Shown piece after piece: positions 13,071 through 26,700 of a stretch of 64,000 nucleotides of DNA. Every line of letters begins with the position of its first letter. Position 1 is the stretch's first letter. Under the pieces are notes generated by a model that had not been told where the DNA came from, did not search any database, and was given only the letters and a program-made list of their open reading frames with translations. Where the stretch lies: assembly GCA_964016885.1 (NCBI GenBank), contig OZ024740.1, positions 47,864,001 through 47,928,000 of the forward strand. The letters run 5' to 3'. Position numbers and translations under genes: made by a program. The DNA is from Eledone cirrhosa. Lineage: Eukaryota.

Positions 13071-14819
13071 TTCTATGCTAGATAATTCATTCTTATGATA
13101 GAGCTAATGGCTGCAAATTTAGTAGACGTCAGGATGAAAGGTGCATGCGTTTGACGTCAATCATCACTTTTAAATGTAAATATATATTTACACCCACTCA
13201 TATTTACAGGTTATATTTAGCGCTCTCCTACAGCTGGTCAATCTAAACATGACCTAGAAGATCACATAAATTATAAGATCACTAAATCCATGCGTTGGTA
13301 TAAAAATATATCAATCTTTAAAGTTTCAACCAGATTTTTTATGTGGATTTATTTGTACAGATAGTGGTACGGGCACAGCCAAATGGTTTGAACGCGACAT
13401 AAGAAAGCACTAAAGCACACAATGGTGTCTTTTGTTTTCCAGCCCATGAAGCGAAAATATTCTGTTATGAAAATATTCTGTTACGTAGTCTTTTACATTG
13501 CCCCTTAATTGAGCAGATTTATGGAATATTTATATGATTTGATATAGAGGAAGGGACTATGCCCATATCGTTTATAGGAACTTCGAGGTCACTGACGTCG
13601 ATCAGATTGATGTTCTTCGGGAAAATCGTTGGCATGAAGGAAATACCAGAAATGATATTCCCAGGAGAAAGTACCCGGCCCATCGACAGATTTTAGTACT
13701 GAGGATAGGGGGGTTAGATTATTCTGGGTGTGCAATTTAATTCCCGAGGGAAGTTTTTGACAAGTTTCTTTAGTTAACTATTTTGGTTGTTTTTCTAATT
13801 TATTTTGTTCTTTGTTCTTGTTTTGAGAAGAAAACTTAGAAAGTCAAGACTTCAAGAAACGTATTTCAGGATGTTATTTTATGAATTCTATTTTCTAAAT
13901 CTGAGGGTGCACCATTGAAAAGTAAGGTAACAGTGCCATCCAGTTCACCCTACTGGTGACGGGCACGGGAAAGACTGGACAGTTGGCATAATGATATGCC
14001 ACCGGACACAATACCGGCACTATGTAGTCGAGTATAAGAGGAGTGTTCTAGATATATCACACACCTGACAAGTTGAAGATTCAACATATTCCAGTTCATA
14101 GAGCCAATAACCATACCTTGTCCTTTTTTTTCTTTGTTTAAAAACAAAAACCTGATCAGATAAGGAATCGATCGGTTTATTTATCGAATATTTTGTAATT
14201 TCCGTCTCATCGCAGATGTTGCAATGTTTATATGACTAAGACTTCCGATTCTCGCAAGCGTAGTCTACCTAGCCTTACAAATATACTATGGAGAAAAGCA
14301 TTTACTAGCAATTTCCAGCATTTTTGCAAGATCTTTCCCTCATTTTCATTCAAGTTAGTTGACAGCTCTGTACACAGGCAGTAGTGTAGTGGTGTGAGAA
14401 CTCGTGGAAACGGCGTTCCCAACAATTTCAAATTAACCTAAATATAAAGTTGTTCAATGTAATGAAATTTTTGATTTCAAATCATTAAAGAAAAATAAGA
14501 AAAAAATCAATTAACTGTTTCAGTTCTTTTGCTTTAGTTAAACTGCTGAGAAAATGCTAGTAAATAAACGTCAAAGAATTACAAAAATGGCAAAATAATA
14601 GCAGCTCCCGCTTATTTTTTACAGGCTGGCGGCCGTTCCCTTAACTTGGACATTAGTACAGTCTATTGCTAAATCTAGTTAAAATAAAAAATGTATATAT
14701 ATGTTGTCCATTTAATTATATTCTTAGGGTAATTTACTCTATCTGTTGGTAGAATATATTCGTTTTTTTTTTAAAAATAAACTGCAGAAATATTAATTAT
14801 GTTTTAAAATAATGTACAT

Positions 14820-16580
14820 TCCGGAAATATAGATCATTATTGCTTGGTTGTCATGTTGCATGAAGGCGAGCAGTACCCACGGCCTGGAGAGATCAATGCC
14901 GTTGATGTTCTGCTTGCAAATTCACTCACTCTGGAAAGACATAGGCAAAGCGGAAGTTCCAGATGCCGACATTCTAGGCAGGGAGAACTGAGATTAACTG
15001 AGTAACTGTTTGTGCAGAGTCTGGGAGGCTGTACATAATATAGGTGATGTAAGGAGGGCCGATCAATGAGTCACGAATGTCTGCGAGGAGGTGGTATGAG
15101 ATTAGCAAGCACTGAGGGGCGGTGGAAAAGGTAGAAGGAAAAGACAGCATGCTTGCGGACCAAATGACAAAGTGTGTTTTATGTGGAGTAGCTTGATGTG
15201 GACTAGGATGTCCTAGATGCAACAGCAGTACTCCATTGTGAATCTCACCTGAACTTTATAGAATGTCATTAATTGTTCAGCGTTGAAGTATTTTCTATCC
15301 TCGAAGAAAAAGGCTAGAGATGTGTATTCGCCATGAGAGAACCTTTGTTACATTTGGAGCGATTTTGAGGGTTCTTGTTGCATGCTGCTCATGTTCAAGG
15401 AAGGTGTGGCACGATGTTGCTTGAAATCTGCAGTGCTTCTGATTTTGTTGTCAATTTTTTTCCTATTTGTTGTTGAATGAGATGATCTCACTGGGATGGG
15501 GGTGGGGTTCCATGTATCTGTTCATATAATCAGTGTAGACTTGGTGTGAGGTGTCAAGATTGCATGTGGATCATGTTTGTTTGGAAAAGTTTATAGAACT
15601 ATGAAGAGTGATATGATCTACATGAGAGTGGGCATTGTTGGACGTGGTGGACAGCAGGTCATTGATGTAAAGAAGGAAAAGTGCGATGGATAAAATTGAA
15701 CTCTGGGCTACACTAGAGTTGATAAATTGTGGTACGGAGAGAACATCATTAACACATGCCGTAAAAATACGATCTCAGAGATAACAGACGGACGGAACCT
15801 AATGGAAGGCAGTTTTGAGAGGAGATTCGCATGTTAGACACGGTCGAAAGCTTTACTGGTGTTGAGAACAACAATGTAATTTTAAACGAAATGTCCCTAG
15901 GCCGAGAAGGCAACTGATGAGTGACGTAGGAGACTAGGCCCCCAGGGTGACAGAACGGAAGAGATTTAAGATGCTGCAGAACGCCATTGTTAATAACTGT
16001 CTCCATTACCTTTGAAATTTTGAGAGTGAGTGCAATAAGACGATAGTTGAGAGTGAAAGGGATTAACTTTCTTGGGGATGAGACACACTGAACATTGAAC
16101 ATGCTTCCATAGATCAAGTTATATCTCGATAAAGAGGGAGAGATTAAAATGATTGGTGAGTATAGAGGCTAGCCCTGGGGCACAGTTTTTAATTGTGATG
16201 TAAGGTCTGGCAACCACAATAGTTGGAAATAGCCGTGGTTACTTTGGCGACTAGCTTGTATGTAAGCAGAGTGGTGTATCTGGTGGAGTGGAAGGGGATA
16301 TATTTGGAGAAAATTTACCAATGTGATGTTGGATGCAAATTAAGCAGTGATTGTGGAATCTTTCTTTGCAATGTAATGCTCGCAGAACTATCGTTATTGA
16401 GAAGTGCAGGAAAAGAGGATTCTGCAAAGTTGGTAGAAATCATTTTGGCAAGAGACTAAAAGGATCGACTGCAGTTTGTGAAGTGTGAGAGTTTGAGAGC
16501 TGTGTGATACATGCAAGCATTCTTTTCAGTTCGGATAAATCTCTTGAAGAGTTACGGTACTTGGTAAACGCTGCTCTTTT
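14820..16580 (-). mobile_element. Degenerate CR1/Jockey-group LINE RT fragment
   Basis: NYRLIALTLKISKVMETVINN (ORF 15749-16117) and INSSVAQSSILSIALFLLYINDL (~15660-15730). Confidence 0.75.
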
Positions 16581-16749
16581 CTCTCTCTCCCTTTCTCTCT
16601 CTCTCTCTCTTCTATTTAGTGTGTACATGCTGCAGTCTAGCTATGAGTTGCTGAGAAATATTTAAGGCGCCTCGAAATTCAATATGAAAATTCAAGTTTC
16701 TACTATTGTTGTTGTTTGACTTTTTAGGATTGTTCTCCCACTTTCCAAT

Positions 16750-17032
16750 GAAAGCGCGTAGCTTAGTGATTAGGGTGTTTGGCTCCTGATCGTAATATCA
16801 TGAGTTCGATTCCAAGCAGTGCAAGACATATTTTACATTACTCCAGTCCACTCAGCTGGAAAAAAAGAGGTTAGCTGTCTACACTCCGTCTTACGCCGAA
16901 TCTCCACGTGATACGTTAAAGGTATGTATGTCTGTGGAATGTCCAGCCACTTGTACGTTAATTTCATGAGCAAACTGTTCCGTTGTTCAAACAACTGAAG
17001 CACTCGTTGTTGGAACCGACGGAGGGTCAACA
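16750..17032 (+). mobile_element. tRNA-derived SINE (family S2)
   Basis: A-box-like TAGCTTAGTGATTAG, B-box GAGTTCGATTCC; body shared with 45560-45890. Confidence 0.8.
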
Positions 17033-17124
17033 CTTTCGTCTTCTCACAATATTTTCACTTTAGGTGAGGACTTTTTAGTTAAGTAATTTTTCCTACTTTT
17101 CACATTGTTTTCCATTCAAGTCTC

Positions 17125-17295
17125 ATAATATTTCCCGGCGCCGAAAACGCTTCGTCTTCGAGGACGCACCCTAATTTTGACAACCAAAAATTAGAAAAAA
17201 AATAATAAACAACCTTCAGCCTCCAGAACGCATGGTAGATTTCTTAGACTTATTTTAGGAAAAAAGTAGTGTCTTCATGGCCGAGAAATATGGTA
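17125..17295. mobile_element. Tc1/mariner-pogo-type MITE, reversed relative to 7424
   Basis: Internal sequence is the reverse complement of 7440-7555; degenerate TIRs. Confidence 0.8.
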
Positions 17296-17739
17296 GTACA
17301 TGAACACAATTATCGAAGTGGTTATTTTCTGTGACATATTTCAACCAATTGAAAAAATTAATTTGATGTCCCTTCCGCTCTCTATCTTTCTCTAACTTCT
17401 ATTTCATTTTGAAGTCGTTCATCCCTCTAACAAAAACTGAACAAACACATTACATGATCTGATAACCCCCCCCCCCCCCCCCCGCCTCCTGAAACCTTAA
17501 CTGCAAGTCAAAATAACCCCGATGACAACACAACTGTCTATTTACCTCTCACTTTATATTAACAGTGTGACATTTTTGCATTACCAAACGATTCCGTTGC
17601 TGTAAATACAACGAGTTCTCTCAAATGTGACCAAAATAAGTGAAATTTTAAATGAATAACCCTGTGGACAAATGATTTAAGAAGGACCTATTGAATAATA
17701 TGTTACATCTGCGAGGGAATGTGAAGTAAGTTGTTTTAT

Positions 17740-19010
17740 GAGTTTATTCCCCGGTCAATTTGGTGGGCATGTATTGGGGATATATTGGTTTTTATCATTG
17801 AAGCCACCAGCGTGTTTCTAGATCTTCATAGACTCATCTTCAGGATGAAGTAATGTTTGTATATGTTGCTGCCTTTCTATAATAGATAGGGTCAGTGTGG
17901 TTGGTAGAGATATTACAGCTGGAATTAGAATGTTGACAGTTAGATTTGTAGCAGATAAATGTTATTCTTTGATGGGTGTTTGATGAAAAGAATAATGCCA
18001 TGATTGTGATATTGACAATGTTTATTTTACAATAACAATATGTGACAGAATTTATCGCTCCATTAATTACTGGCTAGCTACTTCCAGCTAGCGTGTAAGC
18101 ATGTATCAATACAACGATACAATATAACAGTGAGACGGAAGAATAGATTAACTTACTAGGTGTGTGCGTTGTGTCTATTCTTAGTATACGTTATTCGTTA
18201 TTCCCTTCAAGGACTGCTGCTTCATGTCTGGCTGTCTGGCTGTGGCCGAGAAGGTGAAAACCAGTAAGGGCAGGAGAGAGAAAGAGTAAAAGGTCTGCTA
18301 CATCGTTAACCTTAACACGGACTGCTTGCTTCGGTCTCTCTGGCTGCTGGATTCCTTAAGTCCTTGGATTTATAATAATGCTATAGTTAGAAGGATGTAT
18401 ATATGAGGTTGATTTATGCTCAGCCATGTGGATATCGTCTCCCAGGAAGCTGGGGTCACAGGTCATGTGGTATGTACGTTTATCATCGTTGTCTTGACAG
18501 GACAATGATGGGAACCTTCCAATTATGAGTGGTCCCAGAGGCGAGAAACCTCAGATTCGGTTTCGAATCTTCGCCGGTAAAACATAGATTAATGCATCAT
18601 TTGTGTGGTATTTATTTTTGTTTATGACAAGTGTATATTACCTGTGTGTTTATTCTAGCAGTGTAATATGTTATGAGTATAGCTTACACCATTAATAGTC
18701 TGTTTCTTTTAAGGAATTTAGAAGTATATAGATGTGTTGTTGACTACCAATGTTTTCCTATCTAGTTTTGTTTTATATGTGGTATAGTGGATTGCAATTG
18801 CTCCTTGCTCTAAATGCATGGGAACCTGGCTAAAGAGTGTCACACTTTTAACTAATATAACAGTTGTGAACTTTACAGCTTACACATTTGTTATTAGTAG
18901 CTTGTTCGCGAGATTGTTTGCATTTGGTTTGTTATTGATAAGAGGGTCTTAATTTTAGTGTTTCTGTCATGTAGTATGAGTGTTAGTTTCTTGGTTTGTA
19001 ATATAGTTTT
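17740..19010 (-). mobile_element. Fossil Penelope-like element with decayed hammerhead
   Basis: CAUC CUGAAGA...GAAACACGCU GGUG at 17805-17847; Cys-rich and VIY-like remnants at ~18600-18900. Confidence 0.45.
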
Positions 19011-19240
19011 GGCTACTTTGCATTTCATTCTTTCGAGGTTGATAAAAAATGTACCAGTTCAGCACTAGGGTCATTTCTTCCACTATATCTCTTTTTCACC
19101 CCCTCTCTCTCTTTCCCCGAAAAGATCAGTTGTGTTCAGAGCTGGAGAGGGGATGGGCTCCGCCAGGTTTAAAATGCCCAAGAAACGCCGTATGTCAGTA
19201 CGGCGCCTCTACGACTCCACAGTAGTTACGGGTCTTACAT
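19010..19240 (+). mobile_element. SINE core with alternative 3' tail
   Basis: S1-like core followed by a tail that also occurs, reverse-complemented, at 32505-32720. Confidence 0.6.
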
Positions 19241-19642
19241 ACATATACATACAGGTTTTTGAAAGTGTGATCATCTATTCTTTAGCCGAGTTGTTTTATG
19301 TCAGAGTTGACAAGATTCATTGATTGCGTAGGCGAACGAAATAATCCCCAAAGTTATCCACATAGACCTGCCGCTCCTTTCTTCTCCTATCAGTATTGTC
19401 AGTTTCACCTTTTAGTAAGAGATCTTATTTACTTTCATATACTGACGACTTCCTGTTTCTTGTCATTCATGTCTGCTTATTTAGATTTATGATAAAATCA
19501 ATAATGTTTTAGTGGGCGAATTGAATCAAGTATTGTTATATTTTTTTCTAACCTCACTTCATAATTATTTCTAATTAGCCTTTTAATGCACCCTGAAATA
19601 AATAAATTAATACAAACTTAAGAAGTGTTTTGTTTTTTTCAT

Positions 19643-20395
19643 TCGGATGGCGACAGCAAAGTTAGGATTAACAACGACTATAGAGAGGAATTTATCGTGC
19701 AGGTTGGCGTCCACCATGGCTATGTTCTTAGATCGCTCCTGTTTATTATCGTACTGCAGGCTAAAACAGAGGAGTTTAAGACCGGCTGCCTATGGGAACT
19801 CGTGTACGAGGATGATCTTACACTCCTAACGGAGTCTATAGTGGAACTAGAGAAGAAATTCCAAACATAGAAGCAGGGCTTAGAAACAAGGGGTCTTAAA
19901 GTCAACCTGATAAAGACTAGGGTCCTAGTAAGTAGAAGAGAAAACAGAACCCTGATACCCTCGGAGAAATGGCCTTGCTCAGTGTGAAGGAACGGTGTAG
20001 GTAGAAATTCCATCCTCTGTCCCAAATGCAAACTATGGGTACACAAGAGATGTAGTGGGATCTCGGGAGTTTAGCTAAATATGTAGGTTTTACATGTAGC
20101 CGTTGCACCAGGGCAGTAAGCAGCAAACGACCACAGGAAACAAGTGCTATCAAATTCCGGGAAAGTTCTGTAGAAACAGTAGACAGCTTCTGCTACCTGG
20201 GTGACCAACTTAGCCACGGAGGTGGGTGTACAGTAGCCAGATTGAGAACGGGATGGAATAAGTTCAGGAAGCTACTACCAATGCTGGTTACAAAAGACCT
20301 TTCCCTCAAAATGAAAGGCAGACTAGATGATGCGTGCATACGAACAGCAATGTTGCATGGTAGTGAGACCTGGGCGCTGTGTGCTGAGGACCTCC
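19643..20395 (+). mobile_element. RTE-like LINE fragment with PHD-type finger
   Basis: VGVHHG, LVYEDDL, KWPCSV...CPKCKLWVHKRC; homologous to 28363-29523. Confidence 0.85.
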
Positions 20396-21361
20396 TATGT
20401 TCCGATCTGTAGAAATTTGGGATCTATCAGGTTTAAAATACCTAAGATGTGCCGTGTATGAAGACGACGTTCCTACGACTGCTAACACGTTCTCAGGACT
20501 GAGAATTTGCAGAATCTGTAGAGAGTCGAGGGAAAATGCTTTACAGTATTTAAGTTGCTTTACGTTATGAATTCAAATTTGGTCACAGCTAATTTTAATT
20601 TTCATCCTCATATTGATTGATAAAATAAAATTCTAGTTAAGTATTGGCTTTGGTTAAATCCACCCACAATGTATGGCCTTGTGTTTATTTTAGAAATAAA
20701 TATTACTATTCATTAATGATATTTATATGCAGTAAATTCACTTACATATGCCAGAATTTTTTCTCTCTTCGGAAAATATGTCTTGTTAAACGACATCAAA
20801 GTAAATCATTTTTCATTATCGCAAGCATTCAGATGATAATTTACGGCAATATAATGCACATTTTTAATGATTCACATTGAATTTACTAATGATAGATCAT
20901 GCAAGAATCCTGTATTGTTGCTGTCTTCGTCGTTATTATTATTGTTGTTGCTATGCCAAATGTCGATATGCGTTAGTTCGGTTTTGCTGTTACCATGCAG
21001 CTAACTGGAGACAGCTGCAGTGACGCTCGGAACATTTAGGTAGTTAAGAACCACGTAAAGAATTTAATTAGATGCGGGGGTTTAGTGACGTAAGGTTTGC
21101 TAGAGAATAATACGCTCAGTCCCAGCGGTGGTATTAATTGATCTTCAAACAGGGAACAAGGAACAGGTCAAGGCTTTCGACGTAATGGTGTAATGACATA
21201 TAGTCTTTCTTCAAATAATGAAACATTCTGTATATGCTGAGATATTCATTACTGCGGGGGAGTTAAATTAAAATGAAACAACTATACATCATTTATTTAA
21301 TTATTTTAGTTTCATCATTAACTTAGGATATATTCTAATTAAAAAGTTGCTGAGTTGATAA

Positions 21362-21845
<484 letters not shown>

Positions 21846-21944
21846 ATATATTGGAACAAAAAACAACAACGCAGGAGTACACGTTACAAAAAGTATTAGT
21901 TTCATGCTTAGTGAGAGTGGGGGGGGGGGGGGGGCGACGTTTCG

Positions 21945-22180
21945 GGCATTGCAAGAGATGTCAACATAAATGGACCTGTTATTTTTATCTAAAGACATTT
22001 TTTCAAATTCCATCCCGCCCGTCCCCTCAATCTATCTTATTTTTCATTCTTTCTTCTCTTCTGATGAAGGATTAGCGTCCGAAACGTTAAGACCCTCTTC
22101 CTGCTATATCAAGCGTTAACCTACTATATCCCTTCCATATACTGTACCGATTATGTTGTTATTTCTGTTTACCTTTTACA
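21945..22180 (+). mobile_element. Hammerhead-bearing pseudo-LTR-like repeat (family H3)
   Basis: Close copy on the minus strand at 61675-61900. Confidence 0.8.
22057..22092 (+). ncRNA. Minimal type I hammerhead ribozyme
   Basis: UCUU CUGAUGA A GGAU-UAGC-GUCC GAAACGUU AAGA. Confidence 0.8.
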
Positions 22181-22187
22181 TACATAC

Positions 22188-22321
<134 letters not shown>

Positions 22322-22681
22322 TATAAAGTATGTCCATAGAATCATTTGATAATATATATACATCATTTCCTCTCCCAATTACCATAATTAACCACACAAA
22401 AAATCAATTAGACCAGGCTATAAGATTAAAAGGCACCTATGAAGAAATAGTAGATAAATAAACGACAGCAATCTCTTCGCGGCCAACCGCCATAGAATAT
22501 TTACCCAACATTTCAACAGCACGTGGAAATCGATTAAATATACCGTCAACCATACACAATTAGGTATAAAATTAAAGTTAGAGGAAATGCATATACACAT
22601 ACCAGGATTATGGTTCTAGCCTCGGGTTTCATTCGCATTTGGAAATATCCTATTAAGGATAAAATCTCTCTATATATATAT

Positions 22682-22769
<88 letters not shown>

Positions 22770-23185
22770 AATAAGTATGCATACATACACACATAAATAC
22801 ATATACATTTCTGTATATATATATATATACATACACACACACATATACATATGTACGTATAAGTTGTATCGAACATTAATAATAATGTTCGATTCGTTTG
22901 TAAACAAAAGAGCCTGATTAAAAGTGTGCAGTGCCGATGACCGGTCGTTACCTGTTTGTTCAACACTGGCTTTGAGGAACAATCAACATGTTTCTGGGTC
23001 ATTACCCTTCATCAGGACTGTATACTTCTGCCAGTCTGTTGAACGGCTGAAAACGTATAGTATGTTATTAAGTACACATTAGGTGAGTAGCCTCATTTGC
23101 ATACCGAGCGAGTTACGGCTGGCTTTGCACAGCTGATACATACAAGTAAGTATGCATACGTACACACACATATATAAATATAATA
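22770..23185 (-). mobile_element. Diverged monomer of the ~420-bp hammerhead repeat (family H1)
   Basis: Shares TTTGTAAACAAA, TTGTTCAACACTG, CTGCCAG and ATTTGCATA..GAG with the 30.3 kb and 60 kb units; flanked by (TA)n. Confidence 0.75.
22980..23020 (-). ncRNA. Minimal type I hammerhead ribozyme
   Basis: CAGUC CUGAUGA A GGGU-AAUG-ACCC A GAAACAUGUU GAUUG. Confidence 0.8.
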
Positions 23186-23202
23186 TGCGTGTGTGTGTAT
23201 GA

Positions 23203-23301
<99 letters not shown>

Positions 23302-23329
23302 TGCACGGATCCAGCGACTGGACCAGCGC

Positions 23330-23435
23330 ATCACTGGTACTCTCTTTTGTTGACTCCGTGGGGATGAAAGGCAATGTTGACCTCGGCGGGATTTAAGCTC
23401 AGAGCGTGGAGAGCCATAACTCTATGCTGTAAAGC
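23330..23435 (-). mobile_element. SINE S1 fragment
   Basis: GATGAAAGGCAATGTTGACCTCGGCGGGATTT core. Confidence 0.75.
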
Positions 23436-23539
23436 AATTATAATAATGCTGGACTGTAATACGAACAGCTTCAACTATACAAACTCTTGAAAGTCAACAG
23501 TTGACATAATCTTGTAATCTTGTATCAGTAATGACGGTA

Positions 23540-23571
<32 letters not shown>

Positions 23572-23721
23572 AAGTGAGTAGCGTGTGTGTGTTTGTTTGT
23601 ATGTATGAGTGTTGCTGTGTGCGCGCGTATGTATGCGTGTGTGTGCGCGCATATGTATGCGCGTGTGTGTATGTCGTACGTATAAGTGTCAATAAGTGAG
23701 TTTTTTTTTGTTTTTGTTTTT

Positions 23722-26700
23722 TGCGCGGGGACATAGAAATAATCGGGCTGGATGCCCGATCGCGCCGTTAAACCACTGGGAGTGAAGAACCCCTAGCCCT
23801 TGTCAGGGCATTCTTCTAGGAGAAGGCATCTCAGGAAACTAGGTTAACTCCGACATAAAACCTGCGGCTCAGTAGTTACCGATGATGTTGATCTTTTCTT
23901 CTTTTCGGGTTATAGCTACTGTCGCTCAGAGAGTGGGATTGGCTCAGTGCACAGTCTTTCCTCACTTTAAAAATATTCGTCACGCACAGGCATTGCACGA
24001 GTGCATTAATAATTATTAATAGTGTACTATTATTATTATTGTTACTATTATTATTACTTTTTTTTTTTTTTTTTTTTCAATTCAATGATGTTCCAGAACA
24101 ATATAAAGAGATAATTGGCAATTTAGGTTCTGGAACAAAAAAGATAATTGGCAATAAGGGCAGGGGCCCCAGGTTATCACAGCCTGGGCCCGCTCGTCAT
24201 CGTGCCATTGTAATAGAGCCAAACAAGGCATTTAGTCTTGGCTGCTGGAACGTACGGACGCTGCTTGACAGGGATTCCTTGGAGTGTCCTGAACGAAGGA
24301 CCGCTCTTGTTGCAAAGGAGCTTCGACGTTACGATCTTGACATCGTGGCTTTATCTGAGACGAGGTTAGCTGAAGATGGTCATCTTACAGAATTTTGTGG
24401 AGAATATACATTCTTCTGGAAAGGAAGAGATGAAGGAACCAGAAGAGAGGCTGGGGTAGGATTTGCTGTTAAGACTGTACTTGTGAATAAATTAGAAGAA
24501 TTCCCAGTAGGAATTAGTGAGCGTCTTATGTCCATGAGAATTCCGCTGGACAAAGGAAGATATGCGACCCTGGTGAGTGTGTATGCTCCAACTATGAATT
24601 CTGTCGATGAAGAAAAAGTGTCCTTTTACCATGCCTTGAAATGTGTTTTAAGAAATATCCCTCAGGCAGACAAAGTCATCGTGCTTAGTGACTTTAATGC
24701 TAGAGTGGGTAAGGATTTTAACACATGGAATGTAATCGGAAGGCATGGGGTGGGAAAGTGTAACAACAATGGTATGCTCCTGCTGCAGATGTGTGAGGAG
24801 CTGGATCTGTGTGTTGCCAACACCATGTTCCAACAAAAGAACAAATTCAAGACCACATGGATGCATCCTGCATCTAAGGAATGGCATATTTTGGACTACG
24901 TCCTAGTCAGGATGCGTGACAGACAGGATGTGCAGTGTGTTCGTGCTCTTCGTGGAGCTGAGTGCTGGACGGACCACCGCCTGGTACGCGCAAAAGTGAA
25001 ACTAATCACTAAACGTAAAATCCGGGCTCCTGGTGTTGCCCTGCCCAAAAGATTGAATGCTGCTCGTCTTAAGGATAAAAATGTGAAGAGGACATTGGAA
25101 GAAGAGATGCAGGCTGCAGATCTTGGTGAGGATTGGCCGACCCTTAAAAAGTCGGTTTATGATGTAGGCAGGCGTGTTCTGGGATTGGTGCAGAGAAAAC
25201 ATCAGGACTGGTTTAATGAGAATGATGTACATATAGAATACTTGTTGGCTGATAAGAGGCGTGCTCTGTCACGCTACTTGACGGCAAAACCACAGGAGAG
25301 GAATACGTTGCATGAGGAACTCAAGGATGTAAAATCACGTGTTAGGCGGAGTCTTTCTCAGATGAAGGATCAGTGGTGGAGTGAGAAGGCTGGTGAGATA
25401 CAAACTGCGTCAGATTCCAATAACACAAAGCTGTTGTACAGTCTCTTGCGCGAGGTTTATGGACCGTCTTCTCTGGTGACACCGCTTCGCAGCAAGAATG
25501 GCAAAGAACTTCTTCGTGACTCACAAGAAATTGTACGAAGGTGGCGAGAGCACTTTGATGATCTTTTGAATCAGCCGTCTGTCGTCAGTGAAGATTTCCT
25601 CAATCTCATTCCAGAAAGTCCTGTGAAAGTAGCTCTCGCAGAACCTCCGACGCTTGTGGAGGTTGCAGTTGCTATTTCGAAGCTGAACAGTGGAAGATCT
25701 CCAGGTATGGATGGCATACATGCTGAGCTCCTACAATATGGTGGTGAGAGACTCCTGCAACATCTTCACTCTTTGTTTGGCAGGATATGGGCTAATGAAT
25801 CCGTACCTGAGGACTGGAGAGATGCAGTAATGGTGGTCTTGTACAAGGGAAAGGGTAACAGGAATGATTGTGGGAACTACAGAGGTATATCATTGCTTTC
25901 TGTCGTAGGGAAAGTTTTATGTAGGGTGCTTCTGGACCGTCTGCTGACACACATTGCAGATTGTGTTCTTCCTGAAAGTCAATCTGGTTTTCGTGCTGGA
26001 CGCGGCACTACTGATATGATCTTCTCAGCTAGACAGCTCCAGGAGAGGTGCATGGAACAAGGCTTGGATCTGTATCAGATTTTTGTCGATCTGATAAAAG
26101 CTTTCGATACTGTTAACAGAGATGCATTATGGAAGGTTCTCCAGAAACTTGGTTGCCCTGATAAGTTCCTTGCTTTAGTTAGGTCTTTCCATGACGACAT
26201 GAAGGCTTGGGTTAATGTCGGAGGTAACATGTAGGAGCCTATCTCAGTAAAAAGTGGAGTGAAACAGGGGGATATTCCAGCACCGACCCTGTTTGCCATA
26301 TACTTTGCAATGGTTTTCTGTATTGCATTCAGGAATTGCGAGCATGGTGTTTACATCCGATATCGAACCTCAGGCAGCATATTTAACATCAGGCGCTTTG
26401 CTGCAAAGACAAAAGTATTTACATCAATCATAAGAGACCTCTTGAATGCAGATGATTCCGACCTTGTAGCGCACACAGAGAGTGATATGCAGCACATTTT
26501 GAATGCATTGTCTGATGCTTGCACTGCCCTAGGATTGACTGTCAGTCTCAAGAAAACCGTCGTCATGTACCAACCTGCCCCTGGTAAGCAGTACACTGAA
26601 CCAAATATCTATGTGTATGGTAAACGACTTGGAGTGTCTACCTGGGAAGCACTGTCAATCGATACAGCAACCTTGACAGTGAAATCTCACTTAGGATTAG

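Noticed and set aside
24039-24085. Signal peptide MLLLLLLFFFFFF on the RTE ORF
   Set aside because: Produced by (TAT)n and poly-T in the UTR from a TTG start
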